Origin: Planctomycetota bacterium
GTDB lineage: Bacteria; Planctomycetota; Brocadiia; JAADGH01
DNA: 64,000 nucleotides
Direction of reading: 5' to 3'
Assembly (NCBI GenBank): GCA_040755855.1
Contig: JBFMAD010000002.1
Location: 32,001-96,000 of the forward strand
In this document: piece by piece, positions 44,512 through 55,033 of the stretch
Position numbering within the stretch: position 1 is the first letter of the stretch
Layout: each line of letters opens with the position of its first letter
Position numbers and translations under genes: made by a program
Notes under the pieces: model-generated
Databases searched by the model: none
The model's input: the letters and a program-made list of their open reading frames with translations, nothing else
What the model was told of the DNA's origin: nothing

Positions 44512-45312
44512 CTACATCGCGATAATTTTTCTCATCGTCTCCGCCGTCTTCTTATGATCGTCGGGCGTGCCGCTGCACTCCTGGATGATCGGGCCGTTGT
44601 AGCCGATCTCGCGGAGGGTCTTCATCAAGAGCGGCCAGTTCGTGTCGCCCTGGGTGAGGGGGACGAACTTGTAATCCTTGCGCACGAAGTCCTTCACGTG
44701 CACCATCTTGATGTAAGGGGCGCAAATCCGCGCCCACTGCTCCCCGAAGCCGATGATCATCATGTTGCCGTTGTCGAAGTAGAACCCGATGTTCTTGCTG
44801 TTGACCTTCTTGAGGAAGTCGCGCATCTCCAGGGGGCTGACCAGGAACTTGCCCCAGACGTATTCCACGTCGAAATTCACGCCGATCTTCTCGACGTCCT
44901 TTTTCATCGCCTTGAGCGCCTTGAGCGCCGTCTCGTAGGCTACGTCGTAGGGCAGCTTTTCCGTCACTGCGCCGAGGACGATCAGGACGTCGCCTACCCC
45001 CATCTTGGCGGCGGTTTCGAGGACCTGGAGCGTCTTCTGCCTTGCCTCCTTGTTGGCCGCGGGATCGGGGTTAATCAGCGATCCAGCGCGGCCGCCGGAG
45101 CAGAGCGACGAGATCTCGACGCCCAGTCCGTCGGCCATCGCCTTCCATTCCTTGAGCTGCGAGTCGGTCGTGTTGACGTTCAGCTCCGCGTCGTCGGCGA
45201 TGACCAGCTCGATCGCCTCATATCCCGCCTCTTTGCAGAACTCCAGGCTGTCCTTGATGCTCATGCGCTTGCCGTCCTTGCTCAGCACCAACTGCGTAAC
45301 ACCGATCTTCAT
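44512..45312 (-). CDS. Sugar phosphate isomerase/epimerase (xylose isomerase-like TIM barrel)
   Basis: GYEAIEL, VEYVW, YFDNGN, VHVKD, E metal ligands. Confidence 0.88.
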   Translation of the reverse strand: MKIGVTQLVLSKDGKRMSIKDSLEFCKEAGYEAIELVIADDAELNVNTTDSQLKEWKAMADGLGVEISSLCSGGRAGSLINPDPAANKEARQKTLQVLETAAKMGVGDVLIVLGAVTEKLPYDVAYETALKALKAMKKDVEKIGVNFDVEYVWGKFLVSPLEMRDFLKKVNSKNIGFYFDNGNMMIIGFGEQWARICAPYIKMVHVKDFVRKDYKFVPLTQGDTNWPLLMKTLREIGYNGPIIQECSGTPDDHKKTAETMRKIIAM

Positions 45313-45411
45313 GCGATTTACTCCTCCGAAAAGTTATGTCTACCAGAAACCAAAGAATCCAAACGCGGACAATGCCCGCAACCCCGCCAACGGGGGGGAC
45401 AATTCCGCGTC

Positions 45412-45481
45412 ATTTTGCCCGCTTTCTTTCTGTTTGTCAACGAGAATTGCTTGACGCGCCCGCCCATTCATGTTATATACT
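45412..45481. promoter_or_regulatory. Back-to-back sigma70-type promoters
   Basis: Minus: TTGACA(45440)-N17-CAAAAT; plus: TTGACG(45451)-N17-TATATA with TG extension. Confidence 0.55.
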
Positions 45482-45528
45482 GGCGCATTGCGCTATAGAA
45501 CAAAAATGGAGGCGACAGGGAGAGAGCC

Positions 45529-46551
45529 ATGGCCAAAGACATGCTGGTGGAAGTTTATAAGGGAACGCCGCCGGATGTGTGTGTGTGCGACCAGGCGCTG
45601 CGCATCATGCCCAATGGAGACTGGGTTATCATTTTCATGACTGGAGGGGAAACTGAACCCCGAAAGGAAAACCATATCGCCCTCTGCCGCTCGACCGACA
45701 AGGGCAAGACATGGACGCCGAAACAAACGGTCCTGAAATTTTCCGATAAGGCGTGCACCCTGTCCGAGGCCTACGTCCACGAGGACCGCGTGGTCGTCAT
45801 GGTGAATGTCCATGACGGCAACTTCGGCAACTGGGAGAATTTCACCATCACCAGCCGGGACAGCGGCAAGACGTGGGACGCCCCCACGCCCTTCGAGCCG
45901 ATGCCCAAACGCGCCTTTCTCCGGAATCTCTACGTCAGCACGTGGGGCGCGTGGTATCTTCCGTATCAGACCTACCTCAGCGAGGCGGTGGCTGACCCGG
46001 CGGTTTCGCCCCTCAAGGACGGCTCGCACAAGTCGGCCTACAACGGCGTCCTCATCAGCGAGGACCAGGGGCAGACGTGGGCGGCGTCGGCGCCGACAGG
46101 GCCTATCTCGGGATGGGCGGAGAACAATGTCGTCGAGCTGAGCGACGGGACCATGGTCATGCTGATCCGCGCCGACGGGACCGGCAACCTCATGCGCAGC
46201 GTCTCGACCGACAAGGGCATGACGTGGTCGGAGCCTCTGGGCGTGGAGATTCCCAACCCCAGTTCAAAGTTCCGCATGCACCGACTGGCGAACGGACGCA
46301 TTGTCATCGTCCATAATCCGAACGTCCTCCACGGCGTGCGCAATCCGCTGGCCGTGTGGATGTCCGACGATGACATGAAACAGTATCGCTTCAAGCGGGT
46401 CGTCTGCGACATGAAGGGCCAGCTTCAGTATCCCGACGGCTTTGTGGACGAGCAGACCGGCTACGTCCATGTCGCCTTCGACCACAATCGCAATCGCCTG
46501 ATGTATCTCAGCACCACGCTGCCCGATGTGATGAGGCTGAAGCTCAAATGA
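45529..46551 (+). CDS. BNR/Asp-box beta-propeller, sialidase (GH33)-like
   Basis: Repeated SxDxGxTW Asp boxes; RNPL and QYP motifs. Confidence 0.82.
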   Translation: MAKDMLVEVYKGTPPDVCVCDQALRIMPNGDWVIIFMTGGETEPRKENHIALCRSTDKGKTWTPKQTVLKFSDKACTLSEAYVHEDRVVVMVNVHDGNFGNWENFTITSRDSGKTWDAPTPFEPMPKRAFLRNLYVSTWGAWYLPYQTYLSEAVADPAVSPLKDGSHKSAYNGVLISEDQGQTWAASAPTGPISGWAENNVVELSDGTMVMLIRADGTGNLMRSVSTDKGMTWSEPLGVEIPNPSSKFRMHRLANGRIVIVHNPNVLHGVRNPLAVWMSDDDMKQYRFKRVVCDMKGQLQYPDGFVDEQTGYVHVAFDHNRNRLMYLSTTLPDVMRLKLK

Positions 46552-47978
46552 ATTTCATCGGAATCTGCCTCGACACCTTCCGCGCCGACATCATCGGGAA
46601 GGGCAAGAAGCTGAGCTTCGTCGAGACGCCGAACCTGGACGCCTTCGCCAGGGAGGGCGTCGCCTTCGACCGCGCCTTCGGTGAGGGCCAGCCGACGCTC
46701 CAGATTCGGCGGGCCTTTTTTACCGGATGCCGCTCCTTCCCGTGGCGCTACAACTTCGACCGCCGCGGCCACTACCACCACGCCGCCGGCTGGCACAAAA
46801 TCCCCCCGCACCAGGACACCCTCGCCGAAATCCTCCTGGCGCGCGGATACAATACCGGCCTGGTGGCCGATGTCTATCACATGTTCAAGCCGACCATGAA
46901 CTACTCGCGCGGCTTCGTCAGCTACGAGTTCATCCGAGGCCAGGAGAGCGACAACTGGAAGCCCGGCAGCCCGAGGCTCATCGAGAAACAGATAAAGCGC
47001 CACGTCAAGGAGCCGATCAACTGGAAGAAGCACTCGACGCTGGTCCAGTATCTCCTCAACAACAAAGATCGCAAAAGCGAAGAAGACTATTTCGTCGCCC
47101 GCGTCATGCGGACGGCCGCGGACCGGCTGGAGGCAATGAAGGACACCAAGCCCTTCTTCCTTTGGGTCGAGGCCTTCGATCCGCACGAGCCCTGGGACCC
47201 GCCGGCGAAATACGCCGACAAGTACTGCCCCAACTACACCGGACGCGACTACATTATGCCCGGGGCGGCCTGGGAGAACGAGCCGGCTACGCTGAAAGAG
47301 ATTGAGCGCATCAGGGCCCTCTACTACGGCGAGGTCACGTTCGTGGACAAGTGGGTCGGCTATTTCTTGAAGAAAATTGACGACCTCGGCCTCCGCGACG
47401 ACACCATCGTCATGGTCCTCTCCGATCACGGCACGCAGGTCTATGACGACGGCGGCTTCGGCAAGGGCGGCGAAAACCTGCGATCCTATAACACCGGCAT
47501 CGTCTGGCACGTGCGCCACCCCGACGGCCCGACGGACCGTCATGTCTCCGGCTTCGTCCAGAGCCACGACGTGATGCCGACGATCCTGCACCTCCTCGAC
47601 GTCCCCTGCGACGTCGAAGGGCAGAACGTCTGGCCCCTCGTGACGGGGGAGACCGACTGCATCCGCGACCATGTGGTCATCGGCTGGGCGGGCTGGGCCA
47701 ACGGCCCGGCCGTCGGCCATGCCTCCGTCCGCGACGACGAATGGAACTACACCGTAGCCGTCGGCCAGGAGGATAAGGACCCGAAGCTCTACCACCTCCC
47801 AGGCGATCCGGAGGAAAAGAAGAACGTCGTCGCCGAGCACCCGGACGTGGTCCGGAAGCAGCGAAGACGGATCGAGACGGTGAACGGCCGGCCCCTGCCC
47901 TCGCAGCAGATCGAGGTCTGCGACCACACGCCGTCGCCAATCGCGGAGTACCTCAAGCTCAACGCTCCCACGGAGTGA
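46548..47978 (+). CDS. Sulfatase-like hydrolase, Thr at nucleophile position
   Basis: LDTFRAD, EGQPTLQIRR..FTG, FDPHEPWDPP, SDHG. Confidence 0.85.
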   Translation: MNFIGICLDTFRADIIGKGKKLSFVETPNLDAFAREGVAFDRAFGEGQPTLQIRRAFFTGCRSFPWRYNFDRRGHYHHAAGWHKIPPHQDTLAEILLARGYNTGLVADVYHMFKPTMNYSRGFVSYEFIRGQESDNWKPGSPRLIEKQIKRHVKEPINWKKHSTLVQYLLNNKDRKSEEDYFVARVMRTAADRLEAMKDTKPFFLWVEAFDPHEPWDPPAKYADKYCPNYTGRDYIMPGAAWENEPATLKEIERIRALYYGEVTFVDKWVGYFLKKIDDLGLRDDTIVMVLSDHGTQVYDDGGFGKGGENLRSYNTGIVWHVRHPDGPTDRHVSGFVQSHDVMPTILHLLDVPCDVEGQNVWPLVTGETDCIRDHVVIGWAGWANGPAVGHASVRDDEWNYTVAVGQEDKDPKLYHLPGDPEEKKNVVAEHPDVVRKQRRRIETVNGRPLPSQQIEVCDHTPSPIAEYLKLNAPTE

Positions 47979-48072
47979 ACCATCGCGGGCGGCTGCCGCG
48001 CCGTGCGTCTCCCTTTGCCAGGACCGTACTGCGGCCGACAACCCATAGAGTCAAAGCGGAGGAAGATGTGTC

Positions 48073-49941
48073 ATGCTGCGAAAGGTTTTCCTCATGATCT
48101 GCCTGGTTACGCTGGGTATAGGGGAGTCGTCGGGCGACGATTTCCATGTGGGGGTCAAGGACCAGCCGTTTGCGACGCTCCATGCCGCCGTCGCTGCCGC
48201 CCGGAAGGTGGGAGCGGACAAGCCCCGCCGCATCCTGGTCCATGCCGGGACGCACTTCCTGCCGGAACCTGTGAAACTCGACGCCCGTGATTCCGGTCTC
48301 ACGATCGAGGCGGCTGGCGATGGGGAGGTCGTCCTCTGCGGCGGCAAACGCGTCACCGGCTGGGAAAAAGACGGCGAGACGCGCTGGTCGGCGAGGGTCC
48401 CCGATGCAGTCGGCCGGAAGTGGGATTTCCGCATGCTCGTCGTCAATGGGCGCTTCTGCAAGCGGGCGCGCTATCCGAAGGACGGCTTTCTGGAGCATCT
48501 TACGGAGTTCAAGGTCCCGTGGATGAGCACGACGGGCGGCGGCTGGAAGCGCAAGCCGACGCAAGAGGATCTCACCACCATGCAATGCAAACCGGGCGAT
48601 CTCGGCCCGTGGCTCGATGTCAACAGCGCCGAGCTGACCGTCTACCACAAGTGGGACGAATCCGTCGTCGGCCTGGCGGGGATGGATGAGCAGAACCACG
48701 TCCTCAGGTTCTCGAACACCACGGGCCATCCGCCGGGCGCGTTTGGCGTGAAAAAGTATGTCATCTGGAACACCCGCGAGGGCATGACCGAGCCGGGACA
48801 GTGGTATCTGGATCGGACGAACGGCAAGGTCGTTTATTGGCCGATGCCGAACGAAGACATGACCACGGCAGACGTCCTTGCCCCCACCATCGAGACCATC
48901 ATCAGCATTGCGGGCAGCGAAAAAGACCTCGCCAGGGGGATCGTCATTCGCGGGCTGACGTTGGCGATCACCAACACGCCGTTGAGGGCCGGGGGGTTCG
49001 GAGCAGGCAGCTTCGCCGGCGCGGTAACGATGGTCCATGCCGAGGGCTGTCGGTTGACCGACCTGAAGGTTGTCAACGTCGGCGGGCAGGCCGTCAAAAG
49101 CTGGAAGTCCAACGGGCTTCGTGTGGAGAATTGCGACATTCATCACATCGGCGCGGGTGGAATACGGCTTGGCGGCGACGACAATGTGATTGCAAACAAC
49201 GCCGTACATCATATCGGTCTGACTTATCCGAGCGGCATAGCCGTCTCCTGCGGGGGATGCCGCAACCGGATCGCTAACAACACGGTGCACGACGCGCCCT
49301 ATTCCGCCATCACGTGCAGCAAGGACGACAACGTGATCGAGGGCAATCGCGTCCATCACTGCATGCAGGAGTTGTTGGACGGCGCGGCGATCTACATCAC
49401 TTTCTGCAAGAACGTTGTTGTGCGCGGGAACTTCGTAAGCGACATCGCCGATCCCACCGGGAGCCAGCGCCCCGCCTACTATCTTGACGAGCAGGCCGAG
49501 GGATGCCTGGTCGAGGGGAACCTGGCTCTCGACGTGCCGGTCCTGTTGAACAACCACATGGCAAGGAACAACACGATCCGAAACAACGTATTCATCGCCG
49601 AGGGCGATGGGGAGGTGACGTTCTACAACTCATCGGACTACCATTTGGAGAGAAATGTCATCTATGCGAAGGGCAAACTCCTCTTCCTGAAGCACAACGC
49701 CATTGTGACCATGCCGAACAACGTATTCTTCAGCGGCGCAGGCGCCGTCGAGGGCGAGAAAATGGAGAGATACAAACCGCTCGGCAGAGAGCCAATCGCG
49801 CCGCGCGAGGGGACAGTGATCGCCGACCCGATGTTCGACAGGATTGAGGACGGGATCGTCACCTTCAAGCCCGACTCGCCCGCTCTGAGACTGGGCATCA
49901 AGCCGCTCGACGTGAGCAAGGCAGGGAGGAAAAAAGAATGA
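48073..49941 (+). CDS. Secreted right-handed parallel beta-helix protein (GH141-like)
   Basis: PFATL.AA, ARYP, PGQWYLD, DGAAIY, YYLDE; beta-helix repeats. Confidence 0.8.
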   Translation: MLRKVFLMICLVTLGIGESSGDDFHVGVKDQPFATLHAAVAAARKVGADKPRRILVHAGTHFLPEPVKLDARDSGLTIEAAGDGEVVLCGGKRVTGWEKDGETRWSARVPDAVGRKWDFRMLVVNGRFCKRARYPKDGFLEHLTEFKVPWMSTTGGGWKRKPTQEDLTTMQCKPGDLGPWLDVNSAELTVYHKWDESVVGLAGMDEQNHVLRFSNTTGHPPGAFGVKKYVIWNTREGMTEPGQWYLDRTNGKVVYWPMPNEDMTTADVLAPTIETIISIAGSEKDLARGIVIRGLTLAITNTPLRAGGFGAGSFAGAVTMVHAEGCRLTDLKVVNVGGQAVKSWKSNGLRVENCDIHHIGAGGIRLGGDDNVIANNAVHHIGLTYPSGIAVSCGGCRNRIANNTVHDAPYSAITCSKDDNVIEGNRVHHCMQELLDGAAIYITFCKNVVVRGNFVSDIADPTGSQRPAYYLDEQAEGCLVEGNLALDVPVLLNNHMARNNTIRNNVFIAEGDGEVTFYNSSDYHLERNVIYAKGKLLFLKHNAIVTMPNNVFFSGAGAVEGEKMERYKPLGREPIAPREGTVIADPMFDRIEDGIVTFKPDSPALRLGIKPLDVSKAGRKKE

Positions 49942-51392
49942 CGCGAGTTGACCGGCGAGAATTTCTGGGAACGCTGGGCGCGATGGGGCTATCGGCATTC
50001 CTCGGATCGAGAAGCGTCCTCGCCCAGGCCGCGGAGAAGAGGCTGAACTTCCTCTTCATCCTCATTGACGATCTCGGCTGGCGAGATGTAACTTGTTACG
50101 ACAGTGAGTTTTACGAGACGCCGAACATTGACAAGCTGGCGGCGAGCGGGATGCGCTTCACCGACGCTTATGCCGCCTGCCCCGTCTGCTCGCCGACGCG
50201 GGCAAGCATCCTCGCGGGCAAGTACCCGGCCACGCTGAACCTGACGGATTGGATCCCCGGCCACCCCAAGCCCTGGGCCAGGCTCAAGCCGCCGAACTTC
50301 AACCAGGAGTTACCCCTCGATGAGGTCACGATCGCCGAGGCGCTGAAGCCCGCGGGATACGTTTCCGCCGCCATCGGCAAGTGGCATCTCGGCAAGGAGG
50401 AATTCTACCCCGAGAAGCAGGGCTTCGATCTCAACGTCGGCGGCACGCACAAAGGAGCGACTTCCAGCTACTTCTCGCCCTACAAGATCGAGACGCTCCC
50501 CGACGGCCCCGAGGGCGAGCACCTGCCCCACCGCCTGGCCGACGAGGCGTGCAAGTTCATCACGACGAACAAGGAGAAGCCCTTCTTCCTCTACCTGTCC
50601 TACTACAGCGTCCACACGCCGCTGCAGTCAACGGACGCGCTCATCGAGAAATACACCAAGAAGGCCGAGGCCGGCCCCGACAAGGCCCAGGGCAATCCCA
50701 AGTACGCCGGCATGGTCCAGAGCATGGACGAGTCGGTAGGCAAGGTGCTGGCGAAACTCAATAAACTCGGCATCGCCGACCGGACGGTCGTCTTCTTCAT
50801 GAGCGACAACGGCGGCTTGGCCGGAGTGACGAACAATGCGCCGCTCCGCGCGGGGAAAGGAACGCCCTACGAGGGCGGCGTCCGCGAGCCGATGATCATC
50901 CGGTGGCCGGGGGTAGTCAAGCCGGGCAGCGTGTGCAGCGTTCCCGTAACGAGCGTGGACTTCTACCCGACGATCCTGGAGATGGCCAGCGTGAAGGGCG
51001 ACCCGAAGCACGAACTCGAAGGTGTCAGTCTGGTTCCGCTCCTGAAGCAGACGGGCGGCATCGAGCGCGAGGCGATCTACTGGCACTATCCGCACTACCA
51101 TCGGACGACGCCGTGCGGGGCCGTCCGCAAGGGCGACTGGAAACTGATCGAGTTCTACGAGGACGGCAAGCTGGAGCTCTACAACCTGAAGGACGACATC
51201 AGCGAGGCGACCGACCTTTCCGCGAAGATGCCGGAAAAGACGTCCGAGTTGCACGGTCTGCTCAAGGCCTGGCGCGAGAAGGTCAACGCGCAGATGCCGA
51301 CCCCGAACCCCGATTACGATCCTGCGAGAGCGGACGAGCGGCCCCAGCAGCAGAAGAAGAGGGGAAAGGTCAAAGCCCAAATCGGAAAATAA
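49938..51392 (+). CDS. Formylglycine-dependent (S1) sulfatase with Tat signal
   Basis: DRREFL twin-Arg signal; IDDLG, CSPTRASILAG, GKWHLG, SDNGG. Confidence 0.93.
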   Translation: MTRVDRREFLGTLGAMGLSAFLGSRSVLAQAAEKRLNFLFILIDDLGWRDVTCYDSEFYETPNIDKLAASGMRFTDAYAACPVCSPTRASILAGKYPATLNLTDWIPGHPKPWARLKPPNFNQELPLDEVTIAEALKPAGYVSAAIGKWHLGKEEFYPEKQGFDLNVGGTHKGATSSYFSPYKIETLPDGPEGEHLPHRLADEACKFITTNKEKPFFLYLSYYSVHTPLQSTDALIEKYTKKAEAGPDKAQGNPKYAGMVQSMDESVGKVLAKLNKLGIADRTVVFFMSDNGGLAGVTNNAPLRAGKGTPYEGGVREPMIIRWPGVVKPGSVCSVPVTSVDFYPTILEMASVKGDPKHELEGVSLVPLLKQTGGIEREAIYWHYPHYHRTTPCGAVRKGDWKLIEFYEDGKLELYNLKDDISEATDLSAKMPEKTSELHGLLKAWREKVNAQMPTPNPDYDPARADERPQQQKKRGKVKAQIGK

Positions 51393-51482
51393 TGAATAAA
51401 CCCGTTCGTCTTTTTTCCTGCGCTACACATCGCCATATAAAATATGCGCCCCTTGCGTCCGGGCAAGAGCGGTCCGTCCCAA

Positions 51483-52622
51483 TCACTGCCGCCGGTCGAG
51501 CGGCGCGAACTCGCGCCCATACTTGCCGATGTACTTCGACGTGGGCCGGATGAGCCGGTTGTCGTGGTACTGCTCCAGTATGTGGGCGATCCACCCCGAG
51601 GTGCGGCTGGCGGCGAAGACGGCAGTGAAGAACTCCTTGGGGATTCCCATCGCGTGTTGGACGGTTGCCGAGTAGAAGTCCACATTCGGATAGATGCCCT
51701 TCGCCTCCTTGACCACCTGCTCGATGCGATGGGAGATCTGATACAGGTGCTCGTGGCCGGCCTTCTTGCAGAGCGATTCGGACACCCGCCGCAGGTGCGT
51801 CGCCCGCGGGTCCTCGGTTTTATACACACGATGGCCGAAGCCCATGATGCGGTGGCCCACGTCCAACATGCCCTGGATATAGTCCTGCACCATATCCACG
51901 CCGTCAATGCGGACGAGCATCTCCATCACTTTCTGGTTCGCCCCGCCGTGCAGGTGGCCCTTAAGCGTGCCGATGGCGGCGGTGAGGGCGGAGTGCATAT
52001 CGGTTTCGGTGCTTGCGGCGACGCGGGCGGCGAAGGTGGAGGCGTTGAGTCCATGGTCGGCGTGGAGGACCATGAGCAGGTCCATCGCCTTGGCCTCCTC
52101 CTCGTCGGGGACGGTGCCGCGGAGCATATAGAGAAAGTTTGCCGCCACGCCGAGGCCGGGATCGGGCGAGAGGACTGGCTTGCGCGTGTGAATGCGATGC
52201 AGGTCGGCCACAATAGTCGGGATGGCCGCCACGAGGCGAACGGCCTTGCGCGCGTTGGCGGCGTCGCAGTTGTCCTGCGCATCGGGATCGAACATGCCGA
52301 GCATGGATACCGCCGTTCGCAGGACGGACATCGGGTGGCTGCTCGGGGGCGTGAGCTCGATGGCGCTGATCACCTGCGACGGCAGACGCATCTCTGCCAC
52401 CAGCCTCGACTTGAACTCCCAGTATTCGTTCCTGTTCGGCAGGCGGTCGTGCCACAGCAAATAGACGACCTCCTCGTACGAGACCTTGCCGGCCAGGTCG
52501 TGGATGTTGTACCCCGAGTAGAAGAGCTCTCCGTTGACGCCGTCCACGTAGCTCACGCGCGTCTCGGCGGCGCAGACGCCCTCCAACCCTCGGACAACGA
52601 CTTTTTGCTCCGCGTTGCTCAT
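51483..52622 (-). CDS. Citrate / 2-methylcitrate synthase
   Basis: GLEGV, HADHGLNASTF, LHGGAN, GFGHRVYK, YPNVDF. Confidence 0.93.
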   Translation of the reverse strand: MSNAEQKVVVRGLEGVCAAETRVSYVDGVNGELFYSGYNIHDLAGKVSYEEVVYLLWHDRLPNRNEYWEFKSRLVAEMRLPSQVISAIELTPPSSHPMSVLRTAVSMLGMFDPDAQDNCDAANARKAVRLVAAIPTIVADLHRIHTRKPVLSPDPGLGVAANFLYMLRGTVPDEEEAKAMDLLMVLHADHGLNASTFAARVAASTETDMHSALTAAIGTLKGHLHGGANQKVMEMLVRIDGVDMVQDYIQGMLDVGHRIMGFGHRVYKTEDPRATHLRRVSESLCKKAGHEHLYQISHRIEQVVKEAKGIYPNVDFYSATVQHAMGIPKEFFTAVFAASRTSGWIAHILEQYHDNRLIRPTSKYIGKYGREFAPLDRRQ

Positions 52623-52721
52623 AGATTCTCCTGACGGACTGAACCCAAAATCATATGATGACATGCAGAAGGGGGGTTTGTCAAGAATCCGCTCATCGGG
52701 GATTCCTCGCGCAACATCTGC

Positions 52722-52750
52722 TTGATTCGGAGTCAGGGTACGGGTATAAT
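52722..52750 (+). promoter_or_regulatory. sigma70-type promoter of the MFS gene
   Basis: TTGATT-N17-TATAAT. Confidence 0.65.
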
Positions 52751-52823
52751 TCGCCCGCTTTGAGATGATCGTGGGGATGGAATCGCCGGGACAATCCGAT
52801 TTTCCGTGGGAAGAGGAGAAACC

Positions 52824-54071
52824 ATGAGCCTGAGTCTGCGGATTCGCTTGAGCGCGATGATGTTCCTTCAGTACGCGATCTGGGGGGCGTGGGCGCCGGT
52901 GCTGGCGGCGCATCTTAAAGGATTGGGATTTACCGGCTGCCAGATTGGGTGGGTCTATGGGGTGCTATGGCTGTCCTGTATCGTCGCGCCATTCGTCGGC
53001 GGGCAGATCGCGGACCGCTGGTTCCCGACCCAGTGGTTTCTGGCCGTCGTGCACCTGGCGGGCGGATTCTTTCTACTCTACGCGGCCAAGCAAACCGGTT
53101 TCCGCGGCATGGTGACCATCATGGCGCTTTACTCGCTCTTGTACGCGCCGACTCTGGCCCTGACCAACTCGCTGGCCTTTCACCACCTGAAGGATGCGGA
53201 GAAGCAGTTCGGCATCATTCGGGTCTTCGGTACGATCGGTTGGATCGTCGCGGGCTTTGCGCTTACTTTTTGGCGGACGCAGGCCACGAAGGATGGAGGC
53301 GCCGCGGTATCCGGTGACACGCTGCTGTTAGCCGGCTGGTGCTCCATAGCGATGGGCATCTTTTGCTGTTTCCTACCCCACACGCCGCCGAAGAAACAGG
53401 CGGAGAACCCCTGGGCATTTATGGAAGCCCTCCAGCTTCTGAAAGACAAGAACTTCGCCGTCTTCATGGGCATCGCCTTCGTCGTGACGACCGAGCTTCA
53501 GTTCTACTATATCCCCACGGCGGAATTCCTCGAAAAGGGGGTGGGCATCCTGCAGAAGAATGTGCCGGCGGTCATGACGACGGCGCAGATCGCCGAGATC
53601 ATAGCAATGGCGCTGTTCCTGCCGCTGCTTCTGCCGCGGATCGGGATGCGCAAGGCCCTGGCCATCGGCGTGATTGCCTGGCCGCTCCGGTATGTTGTGT
53701 TTGCACTCTACAAGAACGTTCCCTATGAAGTGGTCGTCGGCTCGCTGACGCTGCACGGGATTGGCTACACGTTCTTCTTCGTGGTATCACAAATTTACGT
53801 GAACAAAGTAGCCCCGCCCGACATTCGCGCCTCCGCCCAGGCGCTTTTGACGCTAATCACACTTGGCGTCGGAAGTTTCATCGGGACGCAGTTCACCGGC
53901 GTGATCCTCGATGTGTTCAGCACACCGGAGGGCCGCCACTGGCCCACCATCTTCCTGATCCCCTGCGCCCTCACCGTTGCGTGCGCCGTCGCGTTCCTCA
54001 TTTGGTTCAGAGAACCCCAATCCGAGGCGCCGTCGGAGAATGCGCCTGCCGAATCGGAAAAGAGTGAATAA
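52824..54071 (+). CDS. MFS nucleoside:H+ symporter family transporter (NupG/XapB/YegT-like)
   Basis: MMFLQYAIWGAW, IADR, IRVFGTIGWI, RASAQ; 12 TM helices. Confidence 0.88.
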   Translation: MSLSLRIRLSAMMFLQYAIWGAWAPVLAAHLKGLGFTGCQIGWVYGVLWLSCIVAPFVGGQIADRWFPTQWFLAVVHLAGGFFLLYAAKQTGFRGMVTIMALYSLLYAPTLALTNSLAFHHLKDAEKQFGIIRVFGTIGWIVAGFALTFWRTQATKDGGAAVSGDTLLLAGWCSIAMGIFCCFLPHTPPKKQAENPWAFMEALQLLKDKNFAVFMGIAFVVTTELQFYYIPTAEFLEKGVGILQKNVPAVMTTAQIAEIIAMALFLPLLLPRIGMRKALAIGVIAWPLRYVVFALYKNVPYEVVVGSLTLHGIGYTFFFVVSQIYVNKVAPPDIRASAQALLTLITLGVGSFIGTQFTGVILDVFSTPEGRHWPTIFLIPCALTVACAVAFLIWFREPQSEAPSENAPAESEKSE

Positions 54072-54101
54072 CGCATCGGCGAATGCGCCATTCCTGCCGG
54101 A

Positions 54102-55013
54102 TTATGGCTTGCTCTCGTACTCCCGCGGCGGCGGGGGTACCAACGCCGGATCGCAGAGCGGGCCGTAGGCCTCCGGCCTCCGCTCGCAGAGCATCTCCTC
54201 GATGAAGATGTCCTCTCGGTCATACGTGAAGCCGTGGGCCACGCGCTTGATGTCGAGATCAACCTCCGCCATGACGATGCCGGGGACCCGGTGCGGCATC
54301 TGCGCGATGTACTCGCCCATGGGACTGACGATCCCCGTGCACCCCGCCACGCCCGACATCCAATTCATCGGCTTGGCCGGGTTCTGCCCGGAGCTAAGGA
54401 AGACGACGTAGGCGCAACTGTCAATGGCCCGGCATCGGATCATGCAGTTGGAGAGATCGCGCCCCCAGCCGCTCCAGTTCGACGGCCACACGATGATCTC
54501 CGCTCGGCGCACGGCGAGCACGCGGGCCGCCTCGACGAAACTGAAGTCGTGGCAGATGAGACAGCCGATCCGCCCGAAGTCGAGATCGAAGACGGAAAAA
54601 TCGTCGCCGGGGACGATGCCGCTCAGCTTCTCCTGGCGGGTGAGCTGGACCTTCAGATACATGCCCACGATCTCGCCCTTGCGGTTGATGACCGTCGCCG
54701 TGTTCCGCTTCTTGCCGTCGAGCAGGCCCGCGATGCCGAGGACGATGTTCATGTTGAATTCCCTGGCAAGGCGCTTGCCGATCTCGACCTCGGGTCCCGT
54801 GAGGAGATCGGGCAGGATTGCCTCCTTCTCCTCCTTGCTCAGGCCGCGGGTGTTGGAGCACTCCCCGACGCCCGTCAGGTCGCAGCCCGTCTCGCCGGCC
54901 ATGCGGAGATATTTCTCGATATTGTCCAGATTCCACTGATACTTCTCTTGAGCCGCGCCGCCTTCGAGCCAGTTCGGTATCTGAATCGCCGCGATCTTTA
55001 CGTTTCTTGCCAT
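54102..55013 (-). CDS. Carbon-nitrogen hydrolase (nitrilase superfamily)
   Basis: E-K-C triad: GECS, YLKVQL, LICHD; RRPEAY tail. Confidence 0.88.
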   Translation of the reverse strand: MARNVKIAAIQIPNWLEGGAAQEKYQWNLDNIEKYLRMAGETGCDLTGVGECSNTRGLSKEEKEAILPDLLTGPEVEIGKRLAREFNMNIVLGIAGLLDGKKRNTATVINRKGEIVGMYLKVQLTRQEKLSGIVPGDDFSVFDLDFGRIGCLICHDFSFVEAARVLAVRRAEIIVWPSNWSGWGRDLSNCMIRCRAIDSCAYVVFLSSGQNPAKPMNWMSGVAGCTGIVSPMGEYIAQMPHRVPGIVMAEVDLDIKRVAHGFTYDREDIFIEEMLCERRPEAYGPLCDPALVPPPPREYESKP

Positions 55014-55033
55014 CGTCATTCTCCCATCCATTA

